DNA of 64,000 nt from Lingula anatina. Its lineage: Eukaryota; Animalia; Brachiopoda. The stretch spans positions 8,990,001 to 9,054,000 of the forward strand of contig CM120649.1 of NCBI GenBank assembly GCA_051362555.1, in the 5' to 3' direction. The translations under genes and the position numbers were made by a program. A model generated the notes under the pieces. The model worked only from the letters and a program-made list of their open reading frames with translations, searched no databases and was not told the DNA's origin. Of this stretch, positions 49,114-62,502 are shown in pieces (within the stretch, counting starts at the first letter, position 1; each line of letters opens with the position of its first letter).

Positions 49114-51514
49114 CCCCACACAAAGGGGGGGGGGCGGCTTTGCATCCACCCCCACCCCCTTCAAATAATCCTGGATCCGTCCCTGCATAGTATAGCGTTA
49201 TCCAGTGTTCATGAAACTGGGTCCTATGTGCTAGCGCAATATTCTACCTGAACATCACTTAATGATAACTTAATAACTATCATTTCTGTTTACATACATT
49301 ACTAAAGCTAAACACTTTTTGCACTGAAATTATTTTGTTTATGAGAATTCCAAAAACTACCGTTTTGGTTTGAGAACTGATGGGTACCTTGCCCCGACAC
49401 AAAAAGTATAATATTAGATAGATATAGTAGATATTCATATATGCATTTTTATAATAATTTCTTAAAGATATATACGGTGATTTTATATAAATCTTCAAAA
49501 TGGTAGTTTATTTAAACATTTTAACATTCTCTGGACAGTTATTCTGAGGAAAGCAGCCATTTTTAATCACTGGATAGCAATATCAGAGTCAAAAATAAGT
49601 AGCTGGCGTTGAGAAAACTACTTTATCCACAGGATAACCGTTTTCTGTTTGACGTTTATAAATTATCTGTGGACAAATCTTCAGTTAGTCACTTAGCTGT
49701 GCCTTTGAAGATTGTTTTGAAATATTTATTTTGAATTATCTTAAATTGAATTCAGCTACTGGTTTTGATGTAAAGTAGACGTTCTTGAAATAATAATAGA
49801 AAAGAAATAATAATATTTCAAATTCATTACGCATAATACTTATACAAGAAACTTGAGAGATAGTCAGATGCATGTATTCAGTGATATATATATTATTGTC
49901 AATATGGCAAAGCGGAAATGTAACCGCTCTTCTAGAAAAACATCTTTGTCCGTATACATTAAAATATCAATGTAGGACTGGTATTTATCAGAACCTTTCC
50001 GTTTTAAATTTCGTAAGATTCCAGCGCAATTCCAATTAATTACTTCAGCCGTCTGAGAAACCCTTGTTTGAGGGACGAGGGGGTGGGAGGGGTTAATGAG
50101 TTTTCTTAACTGAAACATGAAGAACCGTCAACATAAGTTAACCTTGCCCAAATAAATTATGAAACAATTAAATACGCAATTAAGTTACAGAGAAGTTTTA
50201 GAAAAATTATATGAATATGTCCTCTAATATTTGAAACACACTACTTTTAGCGGTTCTTTTCGCTTGGTTAGTTATTTGAGAATTTACCTAATAATCGCAA
50301 AATTACTTTATTCGAAACATTTGTTATCTATAAATATGCAAATTGACTCTCTGTCATATAATACAAATGATAATACTTTGTTATTTGAAGTTTTTTTTAG
50401 TAAAAAGATGGACCAAAATTTTGTAGGCCAGTCTGCTATTTAAAGTTGGACTACCGAGTGCTTTGTTAATTTTATTGTATCTTCGGTCAGGAGAGGAAGA
50501 GGTCTGATTAGATACCAGTCCCGCAAGCCCTATTGGGTCATTTTACTGGGTGTTTGTTAATATCACTGAACATCAGAGAACAGAGTTGAGGTTTTTAGTA
50601 TTTCTGAATGAATGTGTTACGTTATGTAATGTAAATTATATTTATGCAATCTTTTCATTTTTGTTTGCATACAATCCTCAGTGATTGCTATGGCTGGGAT
50701 AAGCTTGTAAACTGACTTATTTTTATGCCGTTCCTGTTCATGATTAGCACGCTGTTCAAATAGAAGTTGTCACTAAAATTGTGCCATCTATTTAAGCTTT
50801 AAGGTTTAATGAAAAAAAAAAAAACAGTATGATTTAAGTTATTAGAAACATTTATTGATGAGCAGAACAACCACGAAACTTATAAAAAAGGAATTATTTT
50901 TGCTACCACTGGTTTTGTGCGCGAGAATCTGCACCAAGATGTAGAACAGGGCGTGTGCGCGTGCGAGGTAACGCATCATGAGATTAAATGCATTTTGAAA
51001 TTTTGATATGGCTCACATCACTGCATTTGTTCTCGGTGAAATTTGCAGTTAGTTATACGCCAAATACACCAAGGTCAGCTTTGAACAAAAGTTGCAAAGT
51101 GAAATATTATAAATCTTCCAAAATGTCTATCAGTTCTGATCAGAAATATCTAAATATTCTGTTCTGTACAATGCAATGTTCAGCGTGGCATCCCAGCCTT
51201 TTTAAACCGAGAGGATGAGTCGTTTTTGCAGCGATTTTCAAAATGTATAGAATCTCCGACACACTTCAGCTAGAGACGTTGGGACTTGTTTGTGTTTGCA
51301 TTGTGGTTTTACATATATTGCGTTGTACGGTTATAGAAACTGCTGTTAATGTAAAGCAAAATTGTAATTTCTAGTTTTTATTAACTCTGTGATGTATTAC
51401 TCTATATTTGTTTAGACAGTAATAAACGTATACATTTGTTGTACTTTGTTTTTAGATATGCAAAATTATTTTTTTTCCATTGTACTCTCAATTGTGAGTC
51501 TTCGGTCCTAAGTC

Positions 51515-51543
<29 letters not shown>
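51515..51543. repeat. Poly-A run (29 nt)
   Basis: Seen directly. Confidence 0.95.
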
Positions 51544-51545
<2 letters not shown>

Positions 51546-51665
51546 TTTTACCGATTGAGCTAACTCTACTTCCTTCCGTTTGTGTGTATTGCCTCTCTTG
51601 TAGTAACAACATAATTGCTGATTTAAGTTTATTTTTGCAAAAGGTAATTTGCTGGGACCCAGGAG

Positions 51666-51729
51666 AGCCAGTATTCGAACTAGGGACCTGTTGACTTGGA
51701 GGCAAGCGCGTTACCTACTCCTCTAACTG
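51666..51729 (-). pseudogene. tRNA-Trp(CCA)-like fragment: SINE head or tRNA pseudogene
   Basis: The minus strand reads tagaggagtaggtaacgcgcttgcctCCAagtcaacaggtccctagttcgaatactggct. It has A-box-like and B-box-like (gttcgaatac) motifs at tRNA spacing and resembles eukaryotic tRNA-Trp GGTAGCGCGTCTGACTCCAGATCAGAAGG. The stems are degenerate. Confidence 0.5.
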
Positions 51730-54700
51730 TTCCCACCCACCCTCCCCCGGTAGACTTTCTTCTTATAGTAACCAGAGGAAAATTTTGAAAAATTCTTCTT
51801 GAAATGCATTCAATGATTTTTAAGTATCCGAGCCAGAAAACGAACCACAGCCAGTGGGGTACCACGGAGACAATGAAAATGCAACGACATTTGCATCATT
51901 GGAAATTGTTTATTCAGAACAAGCAAATTTCCATTAATGTATATATTCATTTATCTTTTAAGCATCTACCTGTAAATTTACATTGTTGAAACAATATTTT
52001 CAAGTTTAGAATGTTCAAATATAACACGTTAGACAAGGTTAATGATGTCTGCATCAGGACTCACTCAAAAGGACAACAATTTTAATCTATTTATTTGATT
52101 TGGAGAATAAAATTATCACCTAACAACGTAACTACTAGTATTATATTTGCATGTGATCTTAATTTAAGCAAAATATTTCAGAAAGTCATTTTAACGTTTC
52201 CCTTTTTATATAAAAAACAGCGCCAGTTTTTGTATTCCTCCCACCAACACCATCACAAGAAAATAGAAAAAAATTAGTCTGGACTCGCATAATCAACTCC
52301 CAAAACACTCCAAATTGACCAGAATTTCAGAATTTTGCCTCATAGAAATCTCCAACATTTGGCAATGTTATTTTCTCTCTGTATAACCGTAAGTATTAAG
52401 GAAAAATTCAGCAACTTTTGATGCGACGATGGAAAGTGGTGGTTAATGTTGGGAAGGAAATAGGCGCACACTCTTAGTACACGTGTTTTTCCAAAATAAT
52501 CAAAAATCGTTTCTAAATCAATTTTCATTGTCCAACCAGGATTGGCATAATCACATAACATTACGATGTGAATAACATATGATACACTGAACGGGGAAAT
52601 GAAATGTCAAAAATACTATTACATAAGAAAAGATTTACAAAAGTATGTACAACTCGTACGTTAATTACAATGTGATATTTGTCGAGAGACAGAAATAATA
52701 CGTTATATAAGCTACAGTCATTGTCAATACCAACTTTTGTAACTTTCCAAGCATAACTAGTTCTTACATGCGAGCAAATTGACTTAACTAGGCGACTTGG
52801 TGGAAAGAATGAAGTTGACTGTAGAGAGAAATTCCTAATTTTTTTTCCGAGCACTAAAGTAAAACCAACGTTTAAGACACACAGTGAGCGTAAGATTCTT
52901 ACTGATATGTTGCAAACATTTAATCCTCTAAAAATAGAAAAACACTTTCCCCTTAATGACCAAGGAAATACAATCCATACACAGGAAAATTCGGTTCTAG
53001 GGTCCCTAGAAGACAGACACTAGCAAGTTTCACTCGTGATGACATAAGAGTGAAATGCAAAACTCGAAAACGAATTTATATTTATTGTAAACCTTAGTGA
53101 GACGCAGTGGAATGCGTTATAACAGGCCCAGACTATGCTTTTTAATATTATACATACACATAGACAGGACTAGAATAAACTCGTAAATAATTGCCTTTAC
53201 GCTCACATTTCGGATAGCACGTATTCTGTGGTCACCGTCTAATTCCTTTGCATTTAAATGAATGACATTTAACCCATGACGCCATTTTTAAGATTTGGGG
53301 TAACATAGCAAAATCCGTTTCTCGAAATTCTCCTATATCTTACCTCAAATATTTTAACGTTTTGATATGTAGCAACTTTATGACGTAAAACATGTATACT
53401 TATAATTACATTTTAATTCGGAAAAGAAAGTACATTGTATAATACTTAACAAATACTCACTAAATATTCACATGTTGATAGCTAAAACTTAATTTACGTT
53501 AACGTTTTACTACCACTAGTATGTCTACTTTCAAAATAGTAAACATGAAGCTCAATTACATTTTTATCGTTTTAATAGGATGAGAAAGGCTGAAGGAAAT
53601 AGTGAGGACGCAAAACAGGAATGCTCGGGGCATTACGAAAAAACAGCTTTACGCATTTAGACATAAAAAATAAAACACAAATAAGTTATCATCAAATACC
53701 TAACATTAATATCTTACAACGATGTACTAAATCGGTTAAAACTGATATATTCGTATACTTAGTATCTGGACCGCCTCGCATCCACTTCCTGGTCACTCAG
53801 AACTGATGAAGAAATGACATCTCTTTCTAGAGTGCGCGATCAATTCGATGCATGGGGGAGGAGGCAGGGTGCATTGGGTGCGGTTTTAATCAATACTCAA
53901 AATTACCTGCTAGTTGAACCATTCATTTACAATTTACTGCAATAAAAATTCAAAGGACCAATCTGTTTTAGATATATTTCAAAACACAACATTGATAAAA
54001 TTAATCCTATGCCCTTATCCACCCTAAACGAAAAGACGATATGAATGTCACTGACTATGGTCGAATGCAAATTTTTATCTGAGCAGTTTTCATGTATGTT
54101 TGACCAACCTCAGCGTGCTATAGAGCCATCTGGAGGAAAAAGAAATACATCTTCTCTACGGCAGTCGGCAGAATGGCAAACAGTTAAAGAGTTATTATTT
54201 AGGCCACGAAATGCCAAGAGAAACATTAAATCTGAATGCAAAATATTTTAGCCTTCTTCACAATCATAAATAAACGTTGGTGCAAGTACCGCATATTCTC
54301 TCAGGCATTTATTTATTCATTTATTAACGTGACATGTATCAGTATACAAATCACCCGGTCTCATGGGCCTACAAGTCACCACATATAATATTGTATAATT
54401 ATCAAAACCTGCATGCGTGTGTCAACCACTGGCCATGGTTTAATTATCCCCAATTTTTGCAAAGTTGTGGCGAGTGTCAGAATAGGGAGAATCAAAGGTT
54501 GTTAAAAAATACCATTTACACCAGGAAAATTCGTCAAGTATGAGATTTTTATGGAAAAACCTTACACTGCGCACCTCTGCGTAATTCAACAAGCTACAGT
54601 ACAAAATGGCATGAAGATATTTCATACTTAATACGATAAAGCATTTTTACACAAATTGTTATTATTATTATTTCAGTTTGCACCAATGTCCATTGGTTTT

Positions 54701-56822
54701 AAGTTGAACCAAGTCTGCAAGTGATATTGAAAGGGTTATGTCCTCTCTTAACGAAGTTTTGTTCAAATTCCATTCTGAATTATATTCAGTTGAAAACAAT
54801 ATACCAATATTTACCATGGAATTATGCTGTGCCTTTCAGTTTTATTGTACTTTCGTAGTAATCTACGCTTTAAAAAGACAGCAGTTAAAATAACCTACAG
54901 TTTATCTGACAGTTACAAACAACAAAGGTCAATCTCAGTAAACACTGAGATGATACTATAGCGGTCGAAGAGAAAAAAGGCCGAAGAAAGCCACTGAAGT
55001 ATTAATATTAGTGGGAGAAGGAAAAAAAGGAATTCTCTTTTTACATACATGTACAGTGTTTATTGCGTTCTGATGATGATCATTAATGAAGTCTTACTAA
55101 AGGGTTTCAAGTATCCACGCATTTCCGCTTTTGCTGCTCATCTTCCAGTAACGATATTAGCTAAAATATTATTCTATATGATTTTGAAATAAGTCACTGT
55201 ATTTGACCACTACGTAGTACGTACTTTTCATCTGTAGTAATAATCAGGCGCCTGTCCTGTCTCAACATGATTGTGATGTCTACCACAGAATGGATGGAAA
55301 TGTGCTAGATGTGACAAGCCGTTGGCCAAAATGCACGAATTTGTTACCTTTCATTTTACTTAATTAAAAATATTGTTAAATTTAAAAATGCACGTCTATT
55401 TGCACTTTTTTCCTCATCCACTGATCCAAATAGAAGATCCCTCTGAACAGTTGTTGAATTTCAATTTTAATTTGAGAAATTGTTCGTTAATCTTTAAAAT
55501 GTAGGATTACTTTAAAATGTAGGATTACGCTCGGGACACGGTATTCCAAGACGTAACGCTAAATATATAAATCATGTGACCACTTATTCAATAGCAGATC
55601 TAAGGATGGGAGTCGGGGCGTGCCTCTCACTTATACGTATAACTCACAGATAAACCATTTCCATCGATGTGCATTATATATTAGAGTAAAATATACTGGT
55701 TTACTGTTTTATATTTGCAGATAGGATTTGCAAATGCTAGTTTTTCTGTCGGTACGAACAATCATTCTAAAATATTCACACGGCTATACGTACTATTTTT
55801 AGAAAACTGCAGTCATTATACCGAATATAATCCCTTGAGAGTTAAAATTATTATCACCAATGAGGTTTGCCAGTTGCAAGTCGATGACCAGTAACCAGCC
55901 CTGAGAAAAATTTTGCATATGGATGCAAACTGGTTTCAGACGAGAAACAATATGGGATAAGCCGGATGACATTTTTGTTTCACTTTTAGGGTGCTTACTT
56001 CTACATTTTCATTAAACCATAATTGTGAGCTTTACTCAAAATATTGAGAAGTTAACGCACATCTCGACAATTTCAAACTGATATCACCACGCCCACTGTT
56101 ATAATGTTAACAGCTTAATGTGTCTCAAGCAAAAATTAAATCACGAAGCTCCGACTTGGAGACTCTCTGTTCCATTTTGTTTCGATCAAAATTCGATAAG
56201 GCGGGAAAGTCCAAAACAGGATACCTTTAACATTTAAATAGTTATGCCAAAACTATTGACAAAGAATCCAGCTGTATTTACGCGACACTCCTCCCTCTCG
56301 CAATTAAGCGCGCTTGTAAAACATTGTAATTCGGCACCGATCCTTCAACGTGGGCATCTGTCCCACTGGTTTGACGAGGTGCATAGGGCAAAACTGATCA
56401 CCTGGCGGTTTTCTCTCCGCTGTGCCACCTGTATTCCTCTCTGCTGATACAAAATGGTAATCTTCCTTGGTCAGCAGTCAATTCTTACTTTTAATTACAA
56501 TTGTTTGACTCAATCTAAGTAAAGTGAACATACCCTGTTCATCTGCAAGATTTGGCCCGGAGCTGATTTTGGCAATTTGACGACTTGTGTTCAAGTGCAT
56601 GTGTTCAAATGCATGTTTTCATTTCCACCGACTCTAAAGCATGAGTATGGCGAGAACACAAAGATGGTGTATTTGCACGATACAGGAAAATGGGAAGAGT
56701 TCGGTCGTGTCAGCCCAAAGACATCATGGAAATTTAATGTGTAAGTACATAACAGAATTTGAATTGATATCAAGATATCAAATGAGAATTATGGTCGCTC
56801 GGCCGTCACTTACACATGGCAA

Positions 56823-56882
56823 GTGGTGGTTGGTGGTGGTGGTGGTGGTGGTGTGTGTGTGTGTGTGTGTGTGGGGGGGGGG
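56823..56882. repeat. Compound (GGT)n(GT)n(G)n microsatellite
   Basis: Seen directly. Confidence 0.95.
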
Positions 56883-58410
56883 TAACCGTTCAGGAGGAAG
56901 GCACGGTGGAGGGGAAGTAACACGTGGATGATACATGCGTATTAAAGATTGAATACCGACTGACTAGGGCCTCAGTCCGCGACTCATTATTTCACTGACT
57001 TATTCAAAAGTATACATTAACTTAGCCAAGTGGACAGGTCACCCTCCACCACCCCTTTCTGCGCATCCAAACACAATATAGAGGTGCAAATGTCACAGGC
57101 ACGTTTTTTTTAATATTTAGTGCACAGATTACCGGTACAAACCATGTTTGATAATAGTAAATTTCTCTCTGTTACAAACTGTCTTGATGGTCAACTAATT
57201 AGACATGAAATTGGTGGACTGGTGGGCCGACGTCATGCAGCCTCGCAGACTTCTGCAATGCTGTCCGCAATAATGTGGAGATGCCATGCATAAACCGAGT
57301 CACGACAATGATAAAGGCAATATTTCAGATACTAAATGAATGAATGGCTGAATGAATAAATGAAAAAAGATTACATTAAATCTTTTCAGTTAGCTATAAC
57401 AAAAATTTGCTGATTTTGTGGCATTCCTCTGTTGCTTCTGTCTCAACCCCCCCCCCCCCCCCCCAAAAAAAAAATGTTGCTCGTTTAAAAACAGTGAACG
57501 TAATAACAGGTTGCTCAGGCTTGCACCCTTCGGTTAATAACATATGTGCCGTATAATTTTAAAGACATGTCTGCTGAAATTGTTTAGGAATTTTTAAAGT
57601 GGTTTAAATGCCCCAAAGTCAAATTTTACTGTCTAAATAACCTACAAAGCTACTGTTCAATGTCCTTCCAATGCGGACATAGACGTCAAAAAAAGTGCTT
57701 GATATTTCATTTTTAAATGCCAGACTGATATAAATCCTTTTTAATTCTATTTAATATTGAATCCATGTGCAGGGACGGGCCAAGCAGTGATTCATTGGTA
57801 GGAGCAAATATTTTTTTTTTCTCTAAGAAAAATGATATTTCAATATCACAACAAGGCAGCAAAGCTGTCAAATGTACAGACAGAAAACAGAAAATAAAGA
57901 TGCAAAATAGGTCATATTGTCAATTTTGATGCAATAATAAATAATGCTTATAATAGCACTGTCAGTCAACACTGAATTTTAATCATGCACAACAGGTAAC
58001 ATGGTCAATAACAGGAGCAAACCCAGAGATATTTTCTGACAGCATTCCAAAGTATCTATGTACATCCATCCTCCATTTTGATGGTCTTCCAACAGAAAAA
58101 AATAGATACCAGTCAATATAAACTTAATAACCTGACCGTCTTCCGGAAGACCCAGAAGATGGTCTCAATCCACCCCTTCAATAAGATTACAGCTTGAGGA
58201 CCATGAGAGACCAAAGTCACATGATGAAAGTCTCAATATTTGAAAAATGAAGATAGTGCATAAAATAATATTATATAATGTTTAAAGACATAAAAAACAA
58301 TACAATTGCTTATGTGGAAATACAGAAAATATGCAGAGCCTCGAGCGGATGAGAGTTGAAAAGTCACAAATGCAAGTATTTGAGAAAAAATTGTAAAGGA
58401 AAACATAAAA

Positions 58411-58645
58411 AAACTAGAAAACCACTGAGAGTGCAGACCTCTGCCAAGGCAGCAATTGTTGATTATTATTGATTATTGATTAATTATGAGCCAGACCACC
58501 ACTAAAAACTAATCATTATCTTCTTTGGCCCAATTCTGACAGTTCCTGAAAATTTCAGCAAAATCGGTCCATAACTTTTTGAGTTATGTTGATGACAGAC
58601 AAACAGGGGTGAAAATATAACCTCCTTGGCAGAGCCTGAGGTAAA
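58411..58645 (-). mobile_element. HINE family 3, copy b, nested in family 1 copy b
   Basis: aaactagaaaaccactgagagtgcagacctctgccaaggcagc ... ttctgacagttcctgaaaatttcagcaaaatcggtccataac ... taacctccttggcagag is homologous to 40426-40707. Confidence 0.78.
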
Positions 58646-58687
58646 TATAATTCCAATGAAGCTGCTATTCAAACTTTTAATCTTCGA

Positions 58688-58699
58688 TTATATATAAAT

Positions 58700-58753
<54 letters not shown>
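58688..58753. repeat. Imperfect (TA)n microsatellite
   Basis: Seen directly. Confidence 0.95.
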
Positions 58754-58756
<3 letters not shown>

Positions 58757-61700
58757 ACCTGCATAATTATCACTGCTTCCTTATTATTAATCTAGCAGAG
58801 AGCTTAACTTTTGGGAGTTTACAAGGAAATATCAACAAGTGTGCTTTATGTAATTTCATTTAATGGCCTATCAATTAGGCAAATGACTTTATAACTCAGA
58901 AATTAGCTAAGTGATACCCAAGGGATATTAACAGACTGACCCTCTCAAAGGTCTTTCAGGCCCATAAGTCACATCTTAAGAAAAGCACAAAACAATAATG
59001 CACAAAATAGGAGACTACCAATTCTGATGCAATAATACATTATGTTTTACTGCACAGTCAACATCAAATTTTAATTATGCACAACAGGTAACACCGACGA
59101 AAGTAAAAGCATAAGGCTTCAGGCCCATCAGAGTTCAAGTTTATACTTAGAAAGTGTCAGAATGAGAAAAATGAAAATTTCACACAAAATTGCATAAATT
59201 CAATAATAAAAGAATTGACCTGGCTTTCTTATTTGAACTGCATGCCAATCCTAAAAATCATACTTGTATGTTAAAAATAATAATAAGTAACACAGTTTTC
59301 TTTTTATAATATTTGCAGTAGCAGTGCAAAAAGATTTTTGTCAATTTTGATGTAACATTACATAATAAATTATAGAATAATTATCACCAATTTTTTATTA
59401 TTGACTATAAATAGCAAGGACATGTACAAAATTTGATTACCATTCGGCTTTATGTCCATGGGAGTTCCGAGTCCCACAATGAATATGCCAAAAAGATAAT
59501 AATGAATATTTCACTAAAACTTCCAGAAAAAGAAGTCAATTAGACTGCTTTTCCAACTCAGGCTGCATTTTAGTCCTGTGTTTCTTTTTTGAAAGTTTGA
59601 CAGTCATAAGTAACATGGTTTTCCCATAATGGTCATCATGGCAGCAGCACCAAAAATTGTTTTCTTCTATTTTGATGCAACATTACATAATGGTTAACAG
59701 CATAATGACCATCAATTTTTAATAATAAAATGTATAATGGATATTCAGAAAATGTGACTAGCATGGGTCTTCACAAAAATTTTCACAAAAAACTGTTTAA
59801 TTGTTAGAAAAATTTACCAAACAGACTGCATTGCCTATTGAAGCTATATTTTAGTCCCATGTTTCTTTCCTGTAAGTTTGAGAACAGTAAGTGACGTGAT
59901 TTTCCTTAAATGGTCATCATGGGAGCAGTGCCCAAAATAGGTGTTTCTTCAAATTTTGATGCAATATTACATAATGTTTAACAGCATAATGACCATCAAT
60001 TTTTAATAATAAAATATTAGTATCATGGATATTCAGAAAATGTGACTAGCAAAGGTCTTCAGGACCATGGAACTTCAAAGTCACATCTTGAAAATGCCAA
60101 AATGCAAACAAGACAGCACTGTTCTGAAATGGGTTTATTTCCATTTTTAACACTTTTTAACATAAAACAAAATTAACAGTTTACTGCCATTTTTATATGA
60201 CCAACTAAGAAAATTGATGAGATGGGAAAAATATCAATAGAACAGTGTTAAATGTCCAATTTCCTCCATTTTGAGATTCTGAACATAGTGGATGATTGAA
60301 TCTGACAAACTGCAATGATATGTTTATTTTCATTTTTGACACATTACACAATATACAATATTAAGTTTACCATCATTTTTACATAATCAACTGACAATGT
60401 TGTAAAGATGCAGGAAATGTCAAACAAACACTTTTACGTATCTTATTAGTTCAATAATGAGACTATTAACATGCCTAAGAATTGAATCTGAGGAAATGTG
60501 AAAAAAAAAAGCATAACTTCTAAAATAATAGCCTGATTTTGCTGATTTTCAAACTCAACCTGTGTTTTAGTAAGATTGACCACTCCTGTGAGTACAATGA
60601 CAATTGGCCTATCTGTTTTTCTTATATTGTGTTATCAGTGTTGCATATATGCTGAAAAAAATGAAAAAACAGCATAACTTCCATAAAAGTGGCTCGATCA
60701 TGCTGATTTTCAAACTTGACCTGCATAATATGAATATTCAGCAGTTCTATAAGTTTCAAGCCAAAAAGTAAAGCAGTTTTTCATTTATTGTGTTATCAGG
60801 GTTGCATATATGCTGAAAAAAGTGAAAAAATAGCATAACTTCCATAAAAATGACCCGATCACGCTGATTTTCGAACTTGACCTGATCATTATGAATACTC
60901 ATCAGTTCTGTAAGTTTCAAGCCAAAACGTAAAACCGTTTTCCACTTATCGTGTTTACGGTAAAAGTGCACGGCAACGGCAACGGCAACAGCAACGGCGA
61001 CGACAGACGCAGGTGACGGCTATATGTACAGACACATCTGTGTCTGTACATAAAAATTAAGTGCAGAATACCTTTGATTTTTACTTTTTTATTTTCCATT
61101 TGGTACGGGTAGACCTTAATTATACTGGTTTAGACTTGGATTCTCGACTTGGTTATATTAGTTATCTGCTGCTTTTGAATTTACATAATAATAAAATGAT
61201 AACAATTTTATTTAACCACAGCAACCAAAATGTTGAAGTTGTACATAGACTGGATAACAAAATATACAAATTAAAATATTTACATAAAATAAACGATATA
61301 CAATAAGACCAAAATGAGCTCGAAAATAAATAAAGCACAGACCTCTTAAAAGTTTGATGAAGGGAGTAAAAATAGAAGACAAAGACAAGTTCGAAATCAA
61401 AACCCTGACCACAGAAAGTTTAATTAGGCAAAGGGATAAAGTTGTTTTTAGAATGTAAGGTTCTAAATTTTTGGTACACTAAATTTTGACTAGTTATGCC
61501 TTAGTTTTCTGTGTTTTGCATGTCATAGGTAATTCAGCTTGTCTCTGTTGCTTTGTATTTTTGCAAAGAATAATTTGCACGTTTCATGTGCCGCTCTTTT
61601 AAAGTAACGAGCTTTGTTTTGATTAGGGCATTAACTTATGGGAGCTCAGGGGATATAATTCTATGTGCTCTGGACTGGATAGATTCTATTGTTTTGCACT

Positions 61701-61781
61701 GCACACCAGGTAATCCAGGTGCCACACAGGACAAGAATATTCAACAACAGACCTGATTAAACTGCATAATACATGAACAAG

Positions 61782-61787
61782 TTTATT
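61782..61787 (-). promoter_or_regulatory. Candidate polyadenylation signal (AATAAA) of the zinc-finger gene
   Basis: TTTATT on + about 720 bp downstream of the stop codon. An alternative lies at 61207-61212. The motif is common in AT-rich DNA. Confidence 0.3.
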
Positions 61788-62027
61788 TTCATTTTAAAAC
61801 CATTTCAGATTTCATTTATAAAATTGTTTACAGCTGAACTCAAGATGGGGATGGGGGGGAAGGTAGCGATGTTGCAGTGTGAAAATGTAAAGATTGTGAA
61901 ATAAAAGATAATATTGCCTCTCTTAACACATGCCGCCCTTCCACCCACCCATATGCCTGGAGTATATATTATGTTTTCCTAGCTTTAAGTATTGACTATC
62001 ATATAGAGCGCAATCAGAACAAAGTGA

Positions 62028-62217
62028 TCTGCTGATTAAATATGGCCCACCGACTTAAAGGAATGCCTCTAATCTCCCCACATCTCCCCATGGGGGCTGG
62101 CAAGTAAACTTTGGAGCAAAGATTTAATTTGTTAAATGGGCCATGTTGAGGGCAGGAGATCATTAGGGAATTTAGCGGCTTGCTTTTAAGCGGGGTCAGC
62201 CATGTTTAGTCAGCAGA
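62028..62217. mobile_element. MITE-like imperfect inverted repeat (~190 bp) in the putative 3' UTR
   Basis: tctgctgattaaatatggc pairs with gccatgtttagtcagcaga (17/19), and imperfect pairing continues inward. Confidence 0.5.
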
Positions 62218-62502
62218 ACAGGTAGTCTGCGGCTTATCTGTTCTGCATGTACTCAAAGACACTAAATGCCATTATTATTATTAAGAAATTCAACTAAGTG
62301 CCATAAGATACAAAATAATTTGCTAAAATTAAGCTGAATTTCTGAAATCAAGTTTGTTGGTTTAAAAGTCAACATAATATTTTCAATTGAACTATACATA
62401 TTTGTAATACTTGAAAAGCTTTAATTTCTTGTTAAACATTCTATTGTGTTGCTGTTACAGCAGAAAATGAGTGATAACAAGGTTCCATATTTAACTTCAC
62501 CA

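Larger units (their letters stand above)
57852..61051 (-). mobile_element. HINE family 1, copy b (inverted, longer, diverged, with nested insertion)
   Basis: Begins with caaggcagcaaagctgtcaaatgtacagaca, the reverse complement of the 3' end of 4776-6951. It ends with tatgtacagacacatctgtgtctgtacat|aaaaa, the 5' hairpin. Internal blocks are homologous to 4860-6780. Confidence 0.85.

Noticed and set aside
55492-55528. 18-bp tandem duplication ctttaaaatgtaggatta
   Set aside because: This is an ordinary slippage duplication with no associated structure.
40037-56931. Scattered 60-97 aa ORFs in the intergenic region
   Set aside because: They show low-complexity or AT-rich composition, no domains and no consistent exon chain. 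Small real exons cannot be excluded by eye.
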